64,000 nt of DNA from Bacteroidales bacterium (GTDB lineage: Bacteria > Bacteroidota > Bacteroidia > Bacteroidales > GCA-2711565), in the NCBI GenBank assembly GCA_963664245.1, contig OY760934.1, forward strand, positions 232,242-296,241, read 5' to 3'. The notes beneath the pieces were generated by a model. The model was not told where the DNA came from and ran no database searches. It was given only the letters and a program-made list of their open reading frames with translations. Position 1 is the stretch's first letter, and the number at the start of each line of letters is the position of its first letter. This document shows positions 1 to 9,298 of this stretch, one piece after another. The position numbers and the translations under genes are program-made.

Positions 1-1197
1 ATTGCCAAAGGTGATTTTAAGAAAGCCATCGAGGTGGTGAAAGAAGAAATTGCCCTTCCTTATGTTTTGGGGTACATTTGTCCGGCTCCTTGTGAAAAAG
101 TGTGCCGCCGGGCTACGATCGACAGCAGCGTTCAAATTTGCCAGTTGAAGAAATTCGTCGCAACGGATATCGAGAAAGAAGCTTTCTTTCCTGAAAAAGA
201 AAAAGCAAGCGGAAAAAAAGTGGCGATCATTGGCAGCGGCCCCGCCGGATTATCGGCTGCTTTTTATTTGTTAAAAAACGGTCATGAGTGTGTTTTGTTT
301 GAGAAAAATGAACAAGCCGGTGGAAGTTTGCGCTACGAAGAACTGGATAAAGACCTGCCGTTTGAAGTGCTTGATGCAGAGATTGATTATCTAAAAAAGT
401 ACGGAGCTTGTTTTGAGTTGAACACCAAGGTTGACCAAGATAAATTGAATCAAATTCAAAACGATTTTGATGCGATTGTTTTATCAATCGGAATTTCAAA
501 TTTTGAAATAAAAAGTTTAGATAGAAACGAAAAAGGGATTTTTACCAATGCCGAAACTTTTGAAACTTCCATCCCGGGGGTGTTTGTTTGCGGAAGTGCT
601 ATCAAATCCTTGAAAATGGCGGTTCGATCTGTTGCCCAGGGAAAAGCAGCGGCTTTGGCGGTTGATGCTTATTTAAAAGGTGAAGCAATCAAAACCCAAT
701 CCAAGGTCTTCAATTCAAAGTTTGGGAAGTTGATGGAAGCAGATTTTGATGCTTATTTAAAAGAGGCTCCGAATTCTAAAGTTGAAAAAACAACTTATAC
801 TGAATTAAATTCCTTCTCTGCCGAACTTGCCCAAAAAGAAGCCGGGCGTTGTATGCACTGCGATTGCCGTAAGATTGACACATGCGCTTTGCGGATTCAC
901 TCAACAACTTACAATGTTGACCGTCGGAAATATCTGATGGGCGAACGCAAGCCGGTGACCAAAGATTTTAAACAGGATGTCATCGTGTTTGAGCCGGAGA
1001 AATGTATTAAATGCGGAACCTGTGTGGAAATTACGGCCAAGCATAAAGAAGAATTCGGATTGACCCACATAGGTCGTGGCTTTGAGGTAAAAATTAAGGC
1101 TCCGTTTGCAAAAGGTATTTCGGATGCATTAACTTTAACAGCCATTGAATGTGCTAGAGCCTGCCCGACGGCAGCCATTTCACTAATTGAAAAATGA
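1..1197 (+). CDS. FAD/NAD(P)-binding oxidoreductase, glutamate synthase small-subunit-like, with C-terminal 4Fe-4S ferredoxin-type domain (5' end cut by window edge)
   Basis: Frame 1 is open from base 1. Dinucleotide-binding motif VAIIGSGPAGLSAAFYL, N-terminal Cys cluster CPAPCEKVCRR, C-terminal CIKCGTCVE ... CARACP. Confidence 0.75.
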   Translation: MAKGDFKKAIEVVKEEIALPYVLGYICPAPCEKVCRRATIDSSVQICQLKKFVATDIEKEAFFPEKEKASGKKVAIIGSGPAGLSAAFYLLKNGHECVLFEKNEQAGGSLRYEELDKDLPFEVLDAEIDYLKKYGACFELNTKVDQDKLNQIQNDFDAIVLSIGISNFEIKSLDRNEKGIFTNAETFETSIPGVFVCGSAIKSLKMAVRSVAQGKAAALAVDAYLKGEAIKTQSKVFNSKFGKLMEADFDAYLKEAPNSKVEKTTYTELNSFSAELAQKEAGRCMHCDCRKIDTCALRIHSTTYNVDRRKYLMGERKPVTKDFKQDVIVFEPEKCIKCGTCVEITAKHKEEFGLTHIGRGFEVKIKAPFAKGISDALTLTAIECARACPTAAISLIEK

Positions 1198-2303
1198 TGA
1201 GAAAAATAGTAATAATCGTTTTTTTATTCCCCCTGTTTTATCTGTCGGCGCAAACAGATGATTGCTGGACGATCTTCAGGGGTAACCAGGAATTGACTGG
1301 TTATACGGATGTAAAACTGGCTAAAAATTATTCGTTGGCCTGGGATTTTAAAACCGAAGATGCCATTAAATCTTCGGCGGTGGTTTGCGATGGGCGGATT
1401 TTTATTGGCTCCAACGATGGTTTTGTTTACGCCTTGGACCTGGAGGGAAAGCTCCACTGGAAATTCAATGCTGAAACTTCGGTGGAAGCCCCGCCATTAA
1501 TTTTGGATGGGGTGGTTTATTTTGGTTCGCTCGAAGGAATGCTTTTTGCCGTGAATGCTTCGGACGGAACCCTGAAATGGAAGTATGCCACCGAAGGGCA
1601 AATTTCGGGTTCTTCCTCCTGGATTTATTCGCCCGATAAAAAAAGCAAATGGATCATTACCGGAAGCTATGATTTTTGCCTTCATTGTGTGGATGCCAAA
1701 ACAGGGATTTTAATCTGGAAGTACGAGGCCGATAACTACATCAACGGGGCTCCGGCTACCGATGGGAAAATTTGTTTGTTTGGCGGCTGCGACGGCTTTT
1801 TGCACAAAGTGGATGTTGGAACCGGAAAAGCTTCGGATAAAATTGATGTTGGAACCTATATTGCCTCCTCGGCGGCTATTTACGCAGATAAAGCGTTTTA
1901 CGGCAATTATGACGGCAATTTTTATGTCACCGATTTGAAAACCGAAAAAACGCTTTGGGAGCATAAGGAACTGGGCTCTTTTTTAGGTTCGCCCGCAGTA
2001 GCCAAAGGAAAAGTGATTATCGGTTCGCAAAACCGGAATTTATATTGTTTTGATGAGAGCTCCGGCGAAATCCTTTGGATCTTTAAAAGTATACGGAAAA
2101 TTGAAGGTTCGCCAGTGATTGCAAACAATAAAGTGGTGCTTGGGGCAGGCGACGGACGCATCTATATTCTTGACCTGGAGACTGGCGAGAAATTGTGGCA
2201 GTACGAAATTGGAGCACCCATTTTCGGGACACCTGCGGTAATTGCCGATAAAATTATTATTGGAGCCCACGACGGTCGCATTTATTGTTTTAAGAAGAAC
2301 TAA
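1194..2303 (+). CDS. Secreted PQQ-like beta-propeller repeat protein
   Basis: Signal peptide MMRKIVIIVFLFPLFYLSAQ. Repeated blades of the type DGFVYALDLEGKLHWKF, DGTLKWKY, DGRIYILDLETGEKLWQY. Start overlaps the upstream stop (ATGA). Confidence 0.75.
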   Translation: MMRKIVIIVFLFPLFYLSAQTDDCWTIFRGNQELTGYTDVKLAKNYSLAWDFKTEDAIKSSAVVCDGRIFIGSNDGFVYALDLEGKLHWKFNAETSVEAPPLILDGVVYFGSLEGMLFAVNASDGTLKWKYATEGQISGSSSWIYSPDKKSKWIITGSYDFCLHCVDAKTGILIWKYEADNYINGAPATDGKICLFGGCDGFLHKVDVGTGKASDKIDVGTYIASSAAIYADKAFYGNYDGNFYVTDLKTEKTLWEHKELGSFLGSPAVAKGKVIIGSQNRNLYCFDESSGEILWIFKSIRKIEGSPVIANNKVVLGAGDGRIYILDLETGEKLWQYEIGAPIFGTPAVIADKIIIGAHDGRIYCFKKN

Positions 2304-2326
2304 ATCTTAATATAAAGGAATTATAA

Positions 2327-3073
2327 ATGAGTAAGAAATTCAATAATATATCTCAGCTTGATTGTCAAAATATATATAAGATAATTATTGAAAACTCAGA
2401 CAGACATTACAAAATTGCAAATGAATTAGCAATTAATGAAGATTATTATGGGATTGGAATTTCTCATTTAATTCTTTCAGCAGAAGAATTAGCCAAAGCT
2501 CTAATTATTTTTTTAGATGGCGAAGGTTTGCATGTTAGAAAAGTTGCTGGAATCAATAAGTTTTTCCATAATCATGAGCCAAGACATCACTTTTCAAATC
2601 TTTTTGTTATTATGCATTTTATGTTAAAACACCTTATGAGTTTTGCAAAAAGAATTAATAACTTAATTCATAATCCTGATTTACACAATACCGCAACCAG
2701 TATTGAAAAAGCTATAATTAATCAAAATGAGGATGGATTAGATAAATTAGTTGAAGAATTTATAAATACTAAATTGAAATATAAGGCAGAATTACTTGGA
2801 GTTTATTCAGACTTTTGGAATATAGCTGATAGAACAAAACAACGAGGATTTTATGTTGATTATGTAGATGGTTTATACTCACCTTCCAGCTTCTCAAAAT
2901 CAGACTATGATTTTGTAAAAGAGGTTGTGAATTCATTTAGACGAGAATGTAAGAAATTAATAAACAAAGTAAAAAATATAACAGAAACTGATAAAAAACA
3001 AATAATCAAGTTTGTTAATAAAGACAAAAGTATATACGACACAATTGAATTAATGATTAATGTTAAATTATAG
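2327..3073 (+). CDS. Hypothetical protein, AbiV/HEPN-like (putative abortive-infection family)
   Basis: 248 aa with no signal peptide. The blocks GISHLILSAEELAKALI and KQRGFYVDYVDG resemble, from memory, conserved blocks of AbiV-family HEPN proteins. AT-rich single-gene unit between GC-richer genes. Not verified by a profile search. Confidence 0.4.
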   Translation: MSKKFNNISQLDCQNIYKIIIENSDRHYKIANELAINEDYYGIGISHLILSAEELAKALIIFLDGEGLHVRKVAGINKFFHNHEPRHHFSNLFVIMHFMLKHLMSFAKRINNLIHNPDLHNTATSIEKAIINQNEDGLDKLVEEFINTKLKYKAELLGVYSDFWNIADRTKQRGFYVDYVDGLYSPSSFSKSDYDFVKEVVNSFRRECKKLINKVKNITETDKKQIIKFVNKDKSIYDTIELMINVKL

Positions 3074-3154
3074 TATTTGTTTTCTTAGGAAAAATTGATC
3101 AAACTTCTTAGCCAAATAAATTACTACAAGTTGAATGTTCAAAACTGAATTTAA

Positions 3155-4447
3155 ATGAAGATTGTAAATATTGTTCCCGGATTTGGCGGTTCGTTTTATT
3201 GTGGAAACTGTTTGCGTGACACTTCCTATGTGAAATCGCTGATTGACGAGGGGCATGATGCGATCACCATTCCTATATATCTGCCTTTAAGCCTTGATGC
3301 GGAAACCAAACCGGATATCCCGGTATTTTACGGAGCCGTTGCTATTTATATGAAGCAACAGTTTAAACTTTTCCGTAGGATGCCCAAGTGGCTGGAGAAT
3401 TTTTTTAATGCGCCTTTTATGTTACGTTATGCGGCTAAGAAAGCCGGTTCAACGCGTGCCGAAGGTTTGGAAGAAATGACCCTCTCCATGCTTCGCGGAC
3501 AGGAGGGCTATCAAAAAGAGGAGCTGCAACAGCTGATTGATTTTTTAAAAAAAGAGATTAAACCGGATGTGGTTCATTTGTCGAATGCCCTGTTGATGGG
3601 TTTGGCGGCCAAAATCAAATCGGATTTAGGAATCCCCGTGGTTTGTTCGTTGCAGGATGAGGATGTTTGGATTGATGCCATGAGCGCGGATTATCAGGAT
3701 CAGTTGTGGGGATTGTTTACCGAAAAAGCCGGGGATATTGATGCTTTCGTAGCGGTGAGCCGTTATTATGGCGAGGTGATGCAAAAAAGAATGAGTATTG
3801 AACCGGAAAAACTGCATGTAATTTACATTGGCCTGGATGTGAATAATTATGATTATGCCGTGCCGGATACGGATAACCCGGTAATTGGCTATATGTCGCG
3901 CATGAACGCTGAAAACGGCTTTGAAGTTTTTATGGATGCCTTTATAAAGCTGAAATCAAATCCTAAATATAAAAATGTAAAAGCCCGTGTTTCGGGCGGA
4001 CAAACTGGCGATGATAAAAAGTTTGTTCACAAACAGCTTCGTAAGTTGAAAAAAAATAATCTGTTGGATGAAGTTAAATTTGTGGAAGAATACGAGGAAA
4101 AATACCACAATCGCTACAATCAGCACATTGATTTGCTTTCGGTTCCGGTTTTAAAAGGAGAGGCTTTTGGTTTGTACCAGATCGAAGCTTTGGCTTGTGG
4201 GGTGCCAACGGTTCAGCCGGCGTTGGGGGCTTTCCCCGAAATTGCGGAAGTCTCACAAGGAGGTTTGATTTATGAACCAAATACGCCCGAAGCCCTTGCC
4301 CAGAAATGGGAAGAGCTACTTGCTGATCCGGAGAAAATGCTTAAATTGAGCAAACAGGGACGCAAGAGTGTGGAGGAAATTTTTAATACGCTAACCACTC
4401 GGAAAATGTTGGAGGTTTATCAGTCTGTTGTTAATTATATAAAATGA
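3155..4447 (+). CDS. Glycosyltransferase family 4 (GT-B fold)
   Basis: C-terminal GT1/GT4 signature EAFGLYQIEALACGVPTVQPALGAFPEI; 430 aa. Confidence 0.8.
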   Translation: MKIVNIVPGFGGSFYCGNCLRDTSYVKSLIDEGHDAITIPIYLPLSLDAETKPDIPVFYGAVAIYMKQQFKLFRRMPKWLENFFNAPFMLRYAAKKAGSTRAEGLEEMTLSMLRGQEGYQKEELQQLIDFLKKEIKPDVVHLSNALLMGLAAKIKSDLGIPVVCSLQDEDVWIDAMSADYQDQLWGLFTEKAGDIDAFVAVSRYYGEVMQKRMSIEPEKLHVIYIGLDVNNYDYAVPDTDNPVIGYMSRMNAENGFEVFMDAFIKLKSNPKYKNVKARVSGGQTGDDKKFVHKQLRKLKKNNLLDEVKFVEEYEEKYHNRYNQHIDLLSVPVLKGEAFGLYQIEALACGVPTVQPALGAFPEIAEVSQGGLIYEPNTPEALAQKWEELLADPEKMLKLSKQGRKSVEEIFNTLTTRKMLEVYQSVVNYIK

Positions 4448-5070
4448 TGTATCGAATTTTGTTTTTTTTCTGTAGTTGTTTTCTTTTTATAGCTACTATT
4501 AATGCTCAGAATAAATATGTATTAAGAGAATTAAAGGGGGATAAACTTGAGTTCCAAAATGATTACCCGGAGTTAGAGAATTTTTCTGTAACAAATGAGC
4601 AATTACAAAAATCAAGATATACAAAGTATCACCCTAATCGAAATCTAAATAATTATTATTTTGAATTAAAAGAATTTACTAATGATGAAGTAGGTTTAAT
4701 TCTGAAAGAAAATGTAAATAATTTTAGATTGTTTTATTTTGGGGCTTATTCATTTGGAGACTTAAAACTTGTAATAATATTGATTAATGATACTGTTTTT
4801 TCTGGAGTTAATGACTCATATGTAACTTTATCAATAGACTCCTGTGGGAAAGTAACAGATGTTATTGAGATAGGTAAATTGCTTTCTGAAGTCCCCGAGA
4901 AAAATTTTGAAATAACTTCTATACTAAAAGGGAATAAAATATATATAAAACAATTGTACGAAGAATATAATACCCCTATTGATGAGGAACCTACGAGGAG
5001 AATAGAAGAAAGTCGTATTTATGAAATAGGTAAAAATGGGACATTTTCTCAAGTAATCCAAAATCATTAA
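4444..5070 (+). CDS. Hypothetical secreted protein
   Basis: Signal peptide MMYRILFFFCSCFLFIATINAQ. Start overlaps the GT4 stop (ATGATG). AT-rich, no recognisable motif. Confidence 0.5.
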   Translation: MMYRILFFFCSCFLFIATINAQNKYVLRELKGDKLEFQNDYPELENFSVTNEQLQKSRYTKYHPNRNLNNYYFELKEFTNDEVGLILKENVNNFRLFYFGAYSFGDLKLVIILINDTVFSGVNDSYVTLSIDSCGKVTDVIEIGKLLSEVPEKNFEITSILKGNKIYIKQLYEEYNTPIDEEPTRRIEESRIYEIGKNGTFSQVIQNH

Positions 5071-5092
5071 TAAAAAATCAAAAATCGAAGCC

Positions 5093-5770
5093 ATGATTAA
5101 ATTAAAAAATATTCACAAACATTACTTTAACAATGCCGGAACCGTTAAGCAGGAGGTCCTGAAAGATATTAGCCTTGAAATTAAGCCGGGCGATGCCATT
5201 GCCATCTTGGGACCTTCGGGTTGCGGAAAAAGTACTTTGCTGAATATGATCGGTAGTTTGGATAAACCCACTTCCGGCAGCATTGTTTTTGATGGTGTTG
5301 ACCTGGCTTCGTTGAACGACAAGGAATTGTCGGAGTTCAGAAACAAACACATCGGCTTCATTTTTCAGATGCACCATTTAATGCCGCAGCTAACAGTGCT
5401 TGAAAATGTGTTGCTGCCCACGCTTGCTAATCCTGATAGAAATAAAGAAAAAGATCAGCAGCGCGCCAAAGACTTGCTTTCAGTTGTCGGGTTGGAAGAT
5501 AAAATCCACCAGTTCCCCGGACAATTATCCGGTGGCGAATGCCAGCGGGCAACGGTGGTCAGGGCTTTAATTAATGAATCGCAAATTATTCTGGCCGACG
5601 AACCTACTGGTTCGTTGGATCATAAATCGGCCGGGCAGGTGGGTGATCTTTTGGTAAAAATGCAGCAACAGCAAAAGGTGGCTCTGATCGTTGTAACCCA
5701 CTCCAGGGAACTTGCGAATAAAATGCAAACTGCTTATGAATTGATTGATGGAAGTTTAAAACAAATGTAA
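5093..5770 (+). CDS. ABC transporter ATP-binding protein (MacB/LolD-type)
   Basis: Walker A GPSGCGKST, signature LSGGECQR, Walker B IILADEPTGSLD. Confidence 0.9.
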   Translation: MIKLKNIHKHYFNNAGTVKQEVLKDISLEIKPGDAIAILGPSGCGKSTLLNMIGSLDKPTSGSIVFDGVDLASLNDKELSEFRNKHIGFIFQMHHLMPQLTVLENVLLPTLANPDRNKEKDQQRAKDLLSVVGLEDKIHQFPGQLSGGECQRATVVRALINESQIILADEPTGSLDHKSAGQVGDLLVKMQQQQKVALIVVTHSRELANKMQTAYELIDGSLKQM

Positions 5771-5806
5771 AACTCCTAACTTCGAATTCTCAACTCCAAA
5801 CTAAAA

Positions 5807-8800
5807 ATGAACACATTCAAATACATCCTCCGAAGCTTGGCGTTTTACAGCAAAAACCACCTTACGGTTTTTTTGGGAACCATGCTCAGCACGGCTATTT
5901 TAACCGGGGCTTTGATTATCGGCGATTCGGTGCGGGGGAGCCTGGGAGATTTGCTTGAGAAACGTCTGGGAAAAGTTGAGTTTGCACTGGATGCCGGAGA
6001 TCGTTTTGTGACGGACGGCTTAAATAAAACTATTTCGGGGAAAATAAATTCCCGTACGGCGGCTGTTTTAAAACTGAATGGAATTGCTGTCAATCCAGCC
6101 ACATCCAACCGGATTAACCAGGCGCAGGTGCTGGGCGTGGATGAAAACTTTTGGGGGCTTGCCGGATTAAAAAATATTGATTTAAAAAAAGACCAGGTTA
6201 TTATCAGTGATAATCTGGCTCATCGCCTGGAATTGGGTGTCGGTGACGAACTCCTCCTGCGTGTGGAGAAAAAGGGCTTTGTGCCTTCCAATGCTCCTTT
6301 TGTTCAGGATGAAGAAACTTCGGCGGCTCTTCGGTTGGAGATTGTCGGGATTGCGGATAAAAATAAATTCGGGCGGTTTAGTTTGCAAAGCAACCAGGTG
6401 GCTCCTTACAATGTGTTTGTGTCAAAAGATTTTTTGGCCGAAGAAATTGAAATGTCCGGCTTCTCAAATTTGGTATTGCTGGAAAACCCGGGAACGGAAA
6501 CTTCGGATCTCTTGCGCTCAAGCTGGACCGCTTCCGATGCCGGGATCATCCTCGAAAAACTAAAAAATACCAATCAAATCGAACTTCGCTCCAGACGGAT
6601 TTTTCTTGAGGAAAATATCAGCGAAGTTATTCTTAACGACTTCCCCGGAAATGAAATTCTGACTTATCTGGTCAACACTATTAAGTCGGAAAAGGGCGAA
6701 ACGCCTTACTCATTTGCTTCGGGAATGTCGACTTTTGATTATTTAAAGCCGGATGAAGTTGTGATTAATCAATGGCTGGCCGATGATTTAAAGGTTCGGA
6801 AAGGCGATAGTTTGCAGGTTGATTTTTATGTGATCGGTTCCATGCGTAAGTTGGTAGAAGAACGGACATCTTTTGTGGTTAAAGAAATTATCCCCACCGG
6901 GCAAGCCGGACTGGACAACTCATTGATGCCGCCTTTTCCGGGCATTGCCACTTCTCAAAGCTGCAACGACTGGGAAACCGGCGTGCCGGTCGATCTGGAG
7001 CGCATCCGCGATAAAGACGAAGCTTACTGGAATCGCTACAAAGGAACGCCCAAGCTTTACCTGTCATATAAAACCGCTGTAACTTTATGGGCGAACCGTT
7101 TTGGTAAGCATACGGCCATTCGTTTTGATGTGGATAAAGTGAGCATTGATGAGCTTAATGAAACGATCAGCGCCAAGCTTGACCCCAAAGATTTGGGCTT
7201 GCAATTCAGGAACGTACGCAAAGAAGGCGATCATGCTGTAGCCAATGCCATCGGATTTGATGAGTTGTTTTTGAGCCTGAGCTTTTTCGTGATCGTTGCC
7301 AGTATTTTACTAACGAGCCTGCTGTATGCCCTGAATATTGAGAGTCGCAGGGATCAGTCGGGGGTGATGGCGGCTCTGGGGTTCACCAAACGGAAAATCA
7401 AACGCCTTCATTTATACGAATCTTCGCTGATTGCCATTGTTGGCGGTGTGTTCGGAGCCTTGCTCGGGATTCTTTACAACGAACTCATCATGCGCGCCAT
7501 AAATTCCATCTGGAACGACATTGTACGAACCAACGAGCTGGATATTATCATTCTTCCGCGAACGCTTTTTATCGGAGCCATGAGCGGGATCATCATCGCC
7601 CTGATTATTATTTACTGGGTGAACACCAGCAAATTGCGGGCTCCCGTTATCCAGTTAATCAAAAAGGTAAATACGGTCAGCATTGAAAGGCCGCAATATT
7701 ATTGCTGGTCGTGGTTGGTGGCTTTGTTGGCTTTTTGTGCTGTGATCGTGATTTTTCTTAGCGGTTCTTTGGCCGATCCGAGCTCGCTCATGATTGCCAG
7801 TGCCTTGTTTCTGGTGAGCTGTTTTTCTATGGTGAAATTCTACATGAACAAGGTTAAACACCGGAAAGCGGTTCCTGATTTCAACGTGATTTCATTAATC
7901 AAACGAAATATAAGCCTGAACCAAACACGTAGCTTATCGGTGATTATTTTGCTGGCTTTGGGAACTTTTACCATTTTGATTACCGGCGGCAACCGTAAAA
8001 CATTTTACGGGCAAACCAACAATGCCCAATCCGGTACTGGGGGCTACTTGTTTTGGGCTGAAACCAGCCTGCCCGTATTAAACGATTTGAACGCTTCGGG
8101 CGATTTTGACGGCCTGGATTTTGTGCAATTTCATCAGCTGAGCGGCGATGATGCCAGTTGTTTGAACCTGAACCAGGTGACCAAGCCCCGGATTTTAGGT
8201 GTTGATCCCACGGCTTTTGATCAGAAGCAAGCCTTTGCTTTCCAGAAATTAGATGCTTCGGTTGATGCGGAGCACCCATGGAAATCCCTTGAACAGGAAC
8301 TGGGTGAAAATGTTATTCCGGCCTATGCTGATCAAACCGTAATTGTTTGGGGACTGATGATGAACGTAGGGGATACGCTCTACTACAATAGCGAAGATGG
8401 CGAGCGTATTGCCATGGTTTTGAAAGCCGGTTTGAAACCGAGTATTTTCCAGGGGAACCTGCTGATTGCAGATAAATTTTTTACCAAATATTTCCCGTCG
8501 GTGAGTGGTTCAAAAATGATGCTTGTGGATGGTTCTGTTGAAAAAGAAGCGGATGTGAGGGATGAACTGCTGGCTAATTTTATGGATCATGGCATTGAAA
8601 TCCAGCGCACGGATGAACGCCTGGCCGAGTTTAATTCGGTGACCAATACTTATTTAACGGTGTTTATGATTCTCGGCGGATTGGGCGTGTTGATCGGTAC
8701 GATTGGCTTGGGTGTGATTTTAATCCGGAACCTGCTGGACCGCAAACATGAAATCGCTTTGCTACAAGCCATTGGTTTTAGCAAATCCAAGATACTCGGC

Positions 8801-9028
8801 ATTATTTTTTATGAGAATTTTGCCTTGCTCTTGCTTGGAATCATCATCGGCTTTTTGGCCTCGGCCATTGGTTTGATCCCTTCCATTATCAGTAATGCTT
8901 TTGAAATGCAGATGGATATGATGCTGCTCATTATTTTGCTTGTGTTTATTAGCGGGGTGCTATGGATTTATTTCTCTGCCAAAAGAATGCAGAAATTGCA
9001 TTTGGTTGAGAATTTGAAGGTGGAGTGA
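5807..9028 (+). CDS. FtsX-family ABC transporter permease with two permease modules (1073 aa)
   Basis: Two clusters of FtsX-type TM helices (roughly aa 480-680 and 950-1070) separated by large extracytoplasmic regions. Lies 36 nt after the ATPase gene. Confidence 0.85.
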   Translation: MNTFKYILRSLAFYSKNHLTVFLGTMLSTAILTGALIIGDSVRGSLGDLLEKRLGKVEFALDAGDRFVTDGLNKTISGKINSRTAAVLKLNGIAVNPATSNRINQAQVLGVDENFWGLAGLKNIDLKKDQVIISDNLAHRLELGVGDELLLRVEKKGFVPSNAPFVQDEETSAALRLEIVGIADKNKFGRFSLQSNQVAPYNVFVSKDFLAEEIEMSGFSNLVLLENPGTETSDLLRSSWTASDAGIILEKLKNTNQIELRSRRIFLEENISEVILNDFPGNEILTYLVNTIKSEKGETPYSFASGMSTFDYLKPDEVVINQWLADDLKVRKGDSLQVDFYVIGSMRKLVEERTSFVVKEIIPTGQAGLDNSLMPPFPGIATSQSCNDWETGVPVDLERIRDKDEAYWNRYKGTPKLYLSYKTAVTLWANRFGKHTAIRFDVDKVSIDELNETISAKLDPKDLGLQFRNVRKEGDHAVANAIGFDELFLSLSFFVIVASILLTSLLYALNIESRRDQSGVMAALGFTKRKIKRLHLYESSLIAIVGGVFGALLGILYNELIMRAINSIWNDIVRTNELDIIILPRTLFIGAMSGIIIALIIIYWVNTSKLRAPVIQLIKKVNTVSIERPQYYCWSWLVALLAFCAVIVIFLSGSLADPSSLMIASALFLVSCFSMVKFYMNKVKHRKAVPDFNVISLIKRNISLNQTRSLSVIILLALGTFTILITGGNRKTFYGQTNNAQSGTGGYLFWAETSLPVLNDLNASGDFDGLDFVQFHQLSGDDASCLNLNQVTKPRILGVDPTAFDQKQAFAFQKLDASVDAEHPWKSLEQELGENVIPAYADQTVIVWGLMMNVGDTLYYNSEDGERIAMVLKAGLKPSIFQGNLLIADKFFTKYFPSVSGSKMMLVDGSVEKEADVRDELLANFMDHGIEIQRTDERLAEFNSVTNTYLTVFMILGGLGVLIGTIGLGVILIRNLLDRKHEIALLQAIGFSKSKILGIIFYENFALLLLGIIIGFLASAIGLIPSIISNAFEMQMDMMLLIILLVFISGVLWIYFSAKRMQKLHLVENLKVE

Positions 9029-9108
9029 TGATCTAAGTGTTTATTTTTGATAAAAGTCCGGACGGAGTTTTTAATTCATTAAGAAGCTGCAAATTTTTCC
9101 ATTTAATA

Positions 9109-9131
9109 GAGCGGAAAATTATTTTCCGCTC
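9109..9131 (+). terminator. Perfect 10-bp hairpin downstream of the permease gene
   Basis: GAGCGGAAAA-tta-TTTTCCGCTC. No clear U-tract, so terminator function is uncertain. Confidence 0.4.
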
Positions 9132-9134
9132 AGC

Positions 9135-9298
9135 GGGGTGCAAAAATATTTTGGTCAGCTTTAGCTGAATGTGATCCAACGTTTTATGGTATGGTGTCGT
9201 GGGGGATTATGGGGCGAAAACGTATCCGTTTACACTGACTTTTTTTTACGAGCCACAAACGCTTAAAAACCGCTGAAACCCGCATGCACTATACCATT
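9135..9298. repeat. Conserved 3' cassette-flank element, copy A (split by the IS; continues at 10999-11010)
   Basis: Shares ordered blocks with 21164-21324. These include GTCAGCTTTAGCTGAATGTGATCCAACG (9154-9181), which is 27/28 identical to 21175-21202. Confidence 0.6.
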
